In this document: positions 55,497 through 64,000 of the stretch, in pieces
Position numbering within the stretch: the stretch's first letter is position 1
Layout: the number at the start of each line of letters is the position of its first letter
Assembly: GCA_028023455.1 (NCBI GenBank)
Contig: JAQFVV010000003.1
Span: 13,330,001 to 13,394,000 of the forward strand
Direction of reading: 5' to 3'
DNA from: Epiperipatus broadwayi
Taxonomy: Eukaryota; Animalia; Onychophora
Length of the DNA: 64,000 bases
Position numbers and translations under genes: made by a program
Notes under the pieces: model-generated
The model's input: only the letters and a program-made list of their open reading frames with translations
The model's database searches: none
Told to the model about the DNA's origin: nothing

Positions 55497-58400
55497 CCAC
55501 CACATAACAGTTTCATTACCAAATATTCCTCTAGCACTCTTACAGCTCTCTTTGTTATTTATTCAATCTCTCTTTGTTATTCATTTGCTGATACATTTTT
55601 TTGAGTTTGCTTTATTATTCGCTCTAGCATCTAAAAGTAAATATCTTATTTTTTTTTTCCAATGCCTTTATTTTGACCATCTACATAATTCCTATTTATT
55701 TACAAATTCAATTTCCTGTGATACTTGTACAAAAAATGCTTCTTACCTGGAAATGTCTTTCCGTTTTCATATAATATAAAATCTTTCAATAAATTATCTT
55801 TTTTAAGTAAGCTGAATTTTTCACTTTTTTTTTTTTACCTGTTAACATACACCCTAATTTAATTGCGTCCTTTTGTAAACTGCTTTCAATAAAAAAGACA
55901 AATGTTTTTACTTTTGTTTTGGGAGGAAAAAGTTATTTCAATTTAAAGAAATGTGATTTTAATTTTAATAAAAAAAATTAATAAGTTCTAAAATTTTAAT
56001 TAAAACGAGAATGTTTATATTTAACACTAGCTATATTTAAACATTTATTAAAATCAACTCTGCCAATTTGAAAAAATTAAAATCATCCAAAGTGTCGGTG
56101 GCTTTGTTAGACTCGACAAAAAACGTAAAGTGATCTCTTCTGCTCTCATCATAACCATAAATAATACTTATAGTGTTTGATGAAAAAATGCCAAGCTTAG
56201 AGATGAGTCAAATGGAGAAGAAAACAGTTGTGCTTATGAAATAAAAAATATACACATAATATTTAAACATATCAAACAGATATATATATTAAACAAACAC
56301 ATACATATATATACATTAATTAATTATCGTGACATGATTTCAGTTTAAAGGAATCTTTCCAAACTTATTAATTCATATCGAAATAATCCCTTAATGGAAT
56401 GACTGTTAGCTTTCTAAATCTGTGATTTATAATCAATACTGATCTTAGACCTAGATAAAAAGAATCTATGCATTATATTTCATATCTCTGAAGCACCATG
56501 CTTAGGAAGTCCTCCTAGACATGACCAAAAAGAACCCTAAGATAAAAAAAATTAATACTGATGTAAAATGTTTATTAGAATTTATAATGTGGCTGCAGAA
56601 TTAAGATGGTGTGATAAATTATATTAAAAGAATGACAAGATATAGCAAACTATTATGGATGATGATTAATAATTTGGTTGTAGTACTCTACTTCCTGATT
56701 AAACTAGTCTTCATAAATTGAATTATGCTGAATAAACAAAATGTTGCTAAATAATCTTTACAGCCAAGAGTGTTTCCTACTACTTTGAAGGATAAGATGT
56801 CGAGTCTGTTTGCAGCACAATATTTTCTGTCTCTTGTTATTACATTTTTACTATTTTATTTTTGTATTTTATTTTTCTGCCTTTTGTCTTTTATATTAAT
56901 TAATATTCTGTTTGTCTTTCATGTTTTTTTTATCTTAATATTTTAATAATGTTTTTGTGTTTTATGTTGTCAGTCAGCTTTCTGAACAAAATGTGACAAG
57001 GAGCTTATGTGTTTGTGCAACTATATTTTTATTCTTTTTCTTATTATTTTGTTTTCTGTAACTTTTTATTCTTTATATTTTTATTTCTGTTTTGTGTATG
57101 TTGGAATTATTATATTTAAGAATAATTCTAATAATGATGACCAGATATAAAATTGGGCAATCATAATCAAAATTGACCTAGTCAATCACTAAGGATTAAA
57201 CATGATAATTTCAGACACTGCTATCAGTATATTAATAAATACATGCCTTCCTTATTGTTCTAATTTTTCATTGATAAATCAATATGGATAATGTAACAAA
57301 GATTTTTTTTATTTACATTACTCAAATTAATATATAGGCACAGCCATGAAAAAAAAAAACAGGGTTCTATATGCCCCAGCATTGCACCTAATAAGACTTT
57401 ACTGCAACAACAGCTAATAATCATAGATATATTATTAAAACTATTTGTTCTTTTAGTTATAATTATCTCATGTTTAGTCTTTTTACAATAAAATATAAAA
57501 AAAAATGTTTAAGTGTATTTTCAAATATCTTCATTTTTATCTTCATTTAAGAATTTATTCTTTGGAAAAATAATTTATGATGAGTAAAAATTTCTGAATG
57601 AACAAATAAAAGAGTGAAAAGGTTTATTTTAATGTGAACACTTGAGAGAGAATTGCTACATTACTCTAGGCAATAGCTACTATAAAGATCTTATGAACAG
57701 TTAACTTAATTGCAAGAGCAGATTGATTGAAAACAGAAAAAAAAAAAATTCCTGGTTCAATTTCTCGTCTATTTTTTTTTTGTCTTGTCATAAATATTAA
57801 ACTGCTGTGGTTTTCCTTTCATTATACATATCATATAATCAAATAAATATCATAGATAATTGTCTCAGTGGTCAGATTACATTGATGCAACAAATTTGTA
57901 GATTTTTAATTGAAAAATAAAATCTTGCTAATAAGATGTATCCACAATAAAATGCTCTTCATTTGATTTCACAAACTGGAGATTTTAGAATCATAATTAA
58001 TCATGCAAGAAATGTTTTAAAGTATAATTACAGTCAGCAGTAAGGCATAGATTTAACAATGAACAATATTGGAAAGAACTTAAGCCATATTTTTTTATAT
58101 CTCAGTATATATATATATTTCTTTCTTTATGCATATATATATATATATATGTGGGGGGGGGTACCAAAGAAATATGTTCTTTTTAGTTAAGTACAGAATG
58201 TATTTAATAGTCATTCTATGGTGTGAAAATAAAAATTAAAAATACCCCACTACATATACCACAAATCACTCTTAAATGATTAAAGATAAGCCATAAAATT
58301 CAATGGTCATAAAAATTAAGTTCTCCTGCATATAAGGCTACATCATATTATAATCTTAGTTTTCACTTTTGAAGACAATACATCAGAATTTATTTAAACA

Positions 58401-60223
58401 ATCCAGATAAAATTGCACTTTTAGCTTCTAGTTAGTAATAACAAAGATACTCATCTCTTAACCATATTTATCATAATATTGAGTCTTGATCTTAAATAAA
58501 TGAGAAAAAGGCTATGCAGGATAAAATTTAATAGTTTTAAATAATCATGAAAGCTCTCTACAATACTTCCAAAAGAAAACAAATGAAGAAAGAGACCATA
58601 CTCACTAATCTGTTTAAGTAATACTGTATATTGATGAAAGTTTTAGTGGTTTTATTTATATATTGCAATATTTCCATCATCTAAATAGATAAATAATATC
58701 AATTTTTTCTAAAGACATTCAATACTTATATTAGATGATGGAAATAGTCCAATATATAAATACAACTAAAATATTATCATTATAAATCTTCAGGAAAATA
58801 TTTTAGTGGGTTTCCTACCCTATTTTACCTTCTAGCAAAGAATAATTAGATACTAATTTACTGCCCAATAATCGAATGCTCATTAGGCTAATTATAAATG
58901 GCTATTTGAGAATTATGTCTAAGTTTGCTGAAAATTCCCAGTTGCTTAAGAAAAAATGTATAGTTTCATATGAATCAATAATTTCACTATGAAATATGTG
59001 ATATACGCTATAATCTAGGTTCATGTCTGGACTAAGTAAATTTTAAAAACATTTCTAACAGGTTTAATTTTTTTTTTTCTGTTAGTCACTCATAGCCAAT
59101 CCAGTTACAAATAGTATAGTTTGGTAAATGGGTCTTTACCTATCCTTAGTTAGAGAGTACGACGAGTTTTGAAAACTGCTCAAATCTTCACTATCCAACA
59201 ATATAGAAGCCTAACAAATACTTCCTTCTTATTATTCCTTTATAAAAAAAAAATGTTGGAAAAGTTTTTGACCAGTAGTAGACTATTTAAATGCTGTTTA
59301 ACTTTTTTCTTTTTCTTACCAATACGTATATGTTGTTGTTGTTTTTTTTTTTTTTTAAAATATCCAAAAGTAATGAAAAAAATTGATATCTTTTTTTCTT
59401 CACAAAGTTAATTAATTCTAACTTCGATATTTTAATATGTCATTAAATTTATAATTTAAATTAAATTAATACTAATATTTCCAATTATTTTAATTAAAGC
59501 AAAATAAGATTAAACGCTAGATGTTCGTCAAATATTATCTTTCATGCTTTATTTTTAAATTAAACTATTATTAGAAACAAGTTTTTTTTCTTAGAAGAAA
59601 CAGAATCTTTTTTTTATTTTATTTCTTGTTACATCATAAAGAAAATAATTAGACTTTCTATATCTAAACCAGTAAATGGTAAAGATAATTTTAAAACATT
59701 CTTTAAAGTTTAGCTGGAAGTACAAAGAAAACTGTATGCAGTTACTATTCTACAATACAATTCATAAATTGTTATCTTATTCCTCTCCAGCGTCTTTACA
59801 AATCTATTTTTATCTTTTTTTTTTATAAGTTTTAAATCTGAAAATATTAATAAGCACATACATTAGCATTAGCGTAAGTAGAAATGTAATGCTTTTGATG
59901 AAGTTAATTTTTAAAAAGGGAATTTGCGAATGAATTTCATCATCACTATTTATCGTATTATCCCGAATATTTTCTCCTCGCCATCGTCTCTTTGTTTTTC
60001 ACTAGTTTATAGTTTCATAAAGTTTTCTATTAATTTTTAGGTTTTTTATTTCATGACTAGTGAGAATGAACTTAACAGGATCCCTGAGTCAGATTAATAA
60101 AATTTATAATAACTCTGAGGCCACAAAAAATGTAATTAAAATAAAGCATGATAAAAAAGATGAATGTCCAGCTCTGGAACTCACTTTCAATGTTCGAACT
60201 TTTTATTAAATAACAACAAATTT

Positions 60224-60333
60224 GTCTTGCATTGGTGGTCGAGAGGTCAGCGCGACTGCCTTGCATTTGCAGGCAGTTGCCCGGGTTGCGGGTTCGCGTC
60301 CCGGCCGATGCTATGACACTTTAAAAAAAAAAA
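60224..60333 (+). mobile_element. tRNA-derived SINE, copy 4
   Basis: GCATTGGTGGTCGAGAGGTCAGC...GGTTCGCGTCCCGGCCGATGCTATGACAC + A-tail; small duplications in the anticodon and T arms. Confidence 0.85.
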
Positions 60334-61163
60334 CAAATAATAAATTATTCGATTGTTTGTTTAATAGGTAAAGAAAGTATTAACTTATTAGTTATAATTT
60401 GATAAGGCCTAGGAATATATACTGGTAATGTGCCACCTGCCATGCTGAAAACCTGGAATTTTGAATTTGGACAACTCCTTAATTTTATTCAGATAAAGAA
60501 GAGATTTAAGATTTTTTTTTCATATAGGCAGCTTGTAGTTAAGGTTCAAGTTTAATCTGGATTAGTTAAATGTGTTCAGTGTCCTGACTGTAAAATTTAA
60601 AAATATGATGGCAATATAGTGCCATATGATGTGATTATTTGCCATTAATGGGCTGACTATCATACTTCTATGGTTACTGACTCTGTTGCTTCATTTTTAA
60701 AAATCTTAATTGACTAGGAAGTTGTAGAGCAAAACAGTATCCTAAATACTTAGAAAACCCTGTGCACTTTAGAACAATGGCAAGGTATGAAATTCAAAAA
60801 TATAATTTACCTGGATCAATTTTCACTTGAATAAAATTTAAAAAAAGTTTGGTTAAATAAAAGCAATTCTTGTGTTTAACCTTCCACTTGGATGCTGGAA
60901 TAACATGTGACTCCCAAGGGTGTGGAATGATAAAGCAGCAGATTTGGGAGATGAAAGTCCAAGGATTACAGTGCTCAAATTTTTTTATGAATCTCTGATA
61001 GTGATAAAGTGGCAGACTCTGGAATTCAAGGTCATGGATTAAGGCTAAACTCATTATTTCTAGTGCTTAAACTTCTTTTGAATTCTGGATCAATAAATTA
61101 TTCAATTATTTATTTTTAACCATTCAATAGTTTATTTATATACTAATACTTAAGAAGTATTTT

Positions 61164-61360
61164 CACAGAAGCAAAACTCTCTATACAGTAGTACCACTCA
61201 GTGCAAGCCAGAATAATCAATGGATGAAGGAAGGTTTGTACATAAAATCCCTATCTAGCACCTATTCATCCAATATCCTCAGACTAGTTTCTAGCTTGTA
61301 TCTTTCACCAGTGAGAAGCTTTGGTTCTGAAAGCACTGCATCTAGATCTTAGAATCTAAT
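61164..61360 (-). mobile_element. Family A monomer copy (core mutated to CUGGUGA)
   Basis: Aligns by eye to 52898-53090; tcaccag at 61305-61311. Confidence 0.8.
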
Positions 61361-61556
61361 GTAACCCTCCAGCAGTTACCTTTTACTTTTTTAGCTAACT
61401 ATAAAGCTTTGAGTACAAAATGAAAACATAATAATGTTTTCAAACTAAGTTAGCTTGAATAGTTGTATAAATCTGAACTCAGTTCAGCATCCATACTTTT
61501 TGGTGTTTTTGGTTTTTTAATAACCACAGTCATCATAACCCTATTGGCCAGGATTG

Positions 61557-61858
61557 ATATTAAACCATCAAACATCACACGATCACCATTCTTTATGCTT
61601 ACACAAGCTGTTCCACAGAAGCAAAACTCTTCATACAGAAGTACTACTCAGAGTAATCAATGGATGCAGGAAGATTTGTGCATAAAATCCCTATCTAGTA
61701 CTTACTCATCCATTATCGCCAAACTAGTTTCTAACTGCATCCATTGATTACCCTGGCTTGCATTGAGTGGTACTACTGTATGGAGAGTTTTGTCTATGTG
61801 AAAAGCAGATTGTGTAAGCATAAAGAATGGCTATCATGTGATGTTTGATGGTTTGATA
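61557..61858. mobile_element. Family A inverted copy with internal deletion
   Basis: aaaccatcaaacatcac...ttatgcttacaca / tgtgtaagcataaag...gtgatgtttgatggttt arms; junction near 61733, just after actagtttcta. Confidence 0.8.
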
Positions 61859-64000
61859 CTTAAGAAGTAGTGCTAAAAGGAAAGCCGAATATACTTACAA
61901 TAAAACTAAAGACTTATATTGTATCTCTTTAGATTCAAAAATAAGAAGAAAAAAAAGTTTGACATTTGTAATGATGGTAGTTTCTTGTAGTCACATGATG
62001 GATCATTTGCTGGAAATCATATGTTGGATTATTTTTATTATCCAGTTAAAATTTTAAATATCTTTTAAAAAAATTCAAACTTTATTTATAAATTCAATTG
62101 TTAGTAATGATACATTGATTTGTATGGAACTCAATATTCATCAGCTGTATTATTCTTCTCTCTTTTGTGAGTGTTGCTGATCTGATCAATGATAGTGACA
62201 GGATGGGACTTAAACTGATGACTTTTAGATTCACAAATTTTAATTTAAAATGATGTTGCAATCAATTTGTTAATTCTGTCAAAGTCAACAGTAGAAATTT
62301 TATTTATGCTTGTTTGCTTGATTTTTTATTTTGTTCCCTTTAAAAGCAAAGTTAATAAAAACTTGGATTATTGTACTAATTCAATATAGAGTTATTTTTC
62401 TAATCAAATATATATTGATACATGTATGATCTATCACTTTTGATATGGCTATTTTTTCCTCTCTAATTGTGTTCGTTTAATATTTTTTGCTGGGAGATAT
62501 CAGACATTTAAAAAAAAAAAAAAACAATTATTATAATATGAGAGCAACTTTCCAAAGTCAAAGAACATGTAGAAAAATATTAACCTTTGCAAAACCAAAC
62601 TGAAAATGCTCAAAAAATTGTTTCTAAGAAGTGCAATGTGCATGTAAAAGAACTTATATCAGTGAAACTAGCCACCCCATCTAAACGATTAGAAAAATAC
62701 ATTTAGATAAATATATAAAAGTTCATTTAGATTACTGCTAACACTAGTAGGGAATATTTGAGAAAATTATCTGACCATTTCCATAAAAAAGTTTTATTAC
62801 TAGGAGAATAGGGACAGAAATTTTGCATTCAACCATATTGGTATGCAGTTCATTTATAAAAATCCATTAATTAATGTAGGATTATCTTTGCTTAATTTTT
62901 TCAGTAAAAGTTGAAATTTATATGGAAGTCATCTATGAATCAATTCTTGTATTTGATACACCTGCTTTATAAAAGAGATTTTTCAGGATGTGTGCTATAA
63001 AAATATAATACAGACACTATGTATTCTCATGAGTTGATCTCTAGCAATTTATCATGTATATATGATAGATATTGCTTTCAAACTTTTCCACAAACCTCCT
63101 TCCTAATACAATATATGTATATTATGAATACAAACAACTACAATATATATGCATATAAATATAATATTTCATTTATATGTTTACATGCATTTTAAACATA
63201 CATATATATATACAAATACTTTAGTATGCAATGCATTTATTATATGTTTGATAGCCCCAGAAATATACACATTTACTATCTATGTACACATAAAGTTAAA
63301 TATATATGGAAATTCCAAAGCTGATGACACCAGTTTATGATGAAGACAGGTCTATCACACATCAGTTTTACAACTGACTGATTGATAATAAAAAAAATAA
63401 TCAAACAGAAAACTGTTCGGATTATATATAAACTCTTTCTTAAAGCAACTATTTTAAAATAATCCAATACTGGTCATATTATAAGATAATTTAATTTTTG
63501 AAAACTTGTATAAAGTCAAAAAAGTGATAATGGAAGAAGATAATAATGACACAGATGTTTTCTATCATCACTACAAGTCATTCTGACAATTAGAAGCCTG
63601 AAAAATCAAACAAATAGACATAGTCATTCTAAAAAAGATCTATTAAGATAATTATATGTACTTGATGTTGATATGTAGGCATAATAATAATATGTCGATA
63701 AAATATTTATTTGCTATAAATTGTATATATACACAGCTAAAAGAGTTAACAGTCCTAAAGTGAATTGCAAGAGATTGAAAAAAATCAAATAAGATAAAGA
63801 AGTTTGCTATAGTGATGTGTGGGTGTGTTGGGGGGGGGGGGCTATGAATAGACTGGATTAAAGTCAGAGAGAAAGATTGATAGTAGTTAAAAGTAATGAT
63901 GACGGTATGTGTACATATAGATTACCATTATATAATTAATTTGTGATAACAGAAATCTAAATTATTCATAAATAAAAATTCACACAGAAATTTTTCTCTG

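Noticed and set aside
60794-61054. 86-aa minus ORF ending at a CAG|GTAAAT donor
   Set aside because: Could be an exon, but overlapping frames look equally plausible and no family was recognised.
63780-63930. Possible Tc1 transposase relic (VMCGCV resembling VMVWG)
   Set aside because: Too degraded; no TIRs found.

Overview
Very AT-rich, largely CpG-depleted eukaryotic (probably invertebrate; inference) genomic DNA. I cannot recognise any complete host CDS; most entries in the ORF track look like chance or repeat-derived ORFs. The window is dominated by transposon remnants: RTE-clade LINEs, Penelope-like elements (RT plus GIY-YIG), a non-autonomous LTR element with ~2.15-kb LTRs carrying a nested solo-LTR-like insertion, a pogo/Tigger derivative, a SPIN/URR1-like hAT MITE and four tRNA-derived SINEs. 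The main finding: most long inverted repeats are not MITEs but head-to-head copies of short non-coding units carrying type I hammerhead ribozyme (HHR) motifs, usually with a palindromic helix III, from about five sequence families. At 24941-25985 two same-strand HHRs lie exactly 412 nt apart, the layout expected of a retrozyme-like circular RNA monomer. CpG-retaining patches and a few splice-bounded mini-exons suggest host genes that I could not assemble. Everything was read by eye; no folding, alignment or database search was run.
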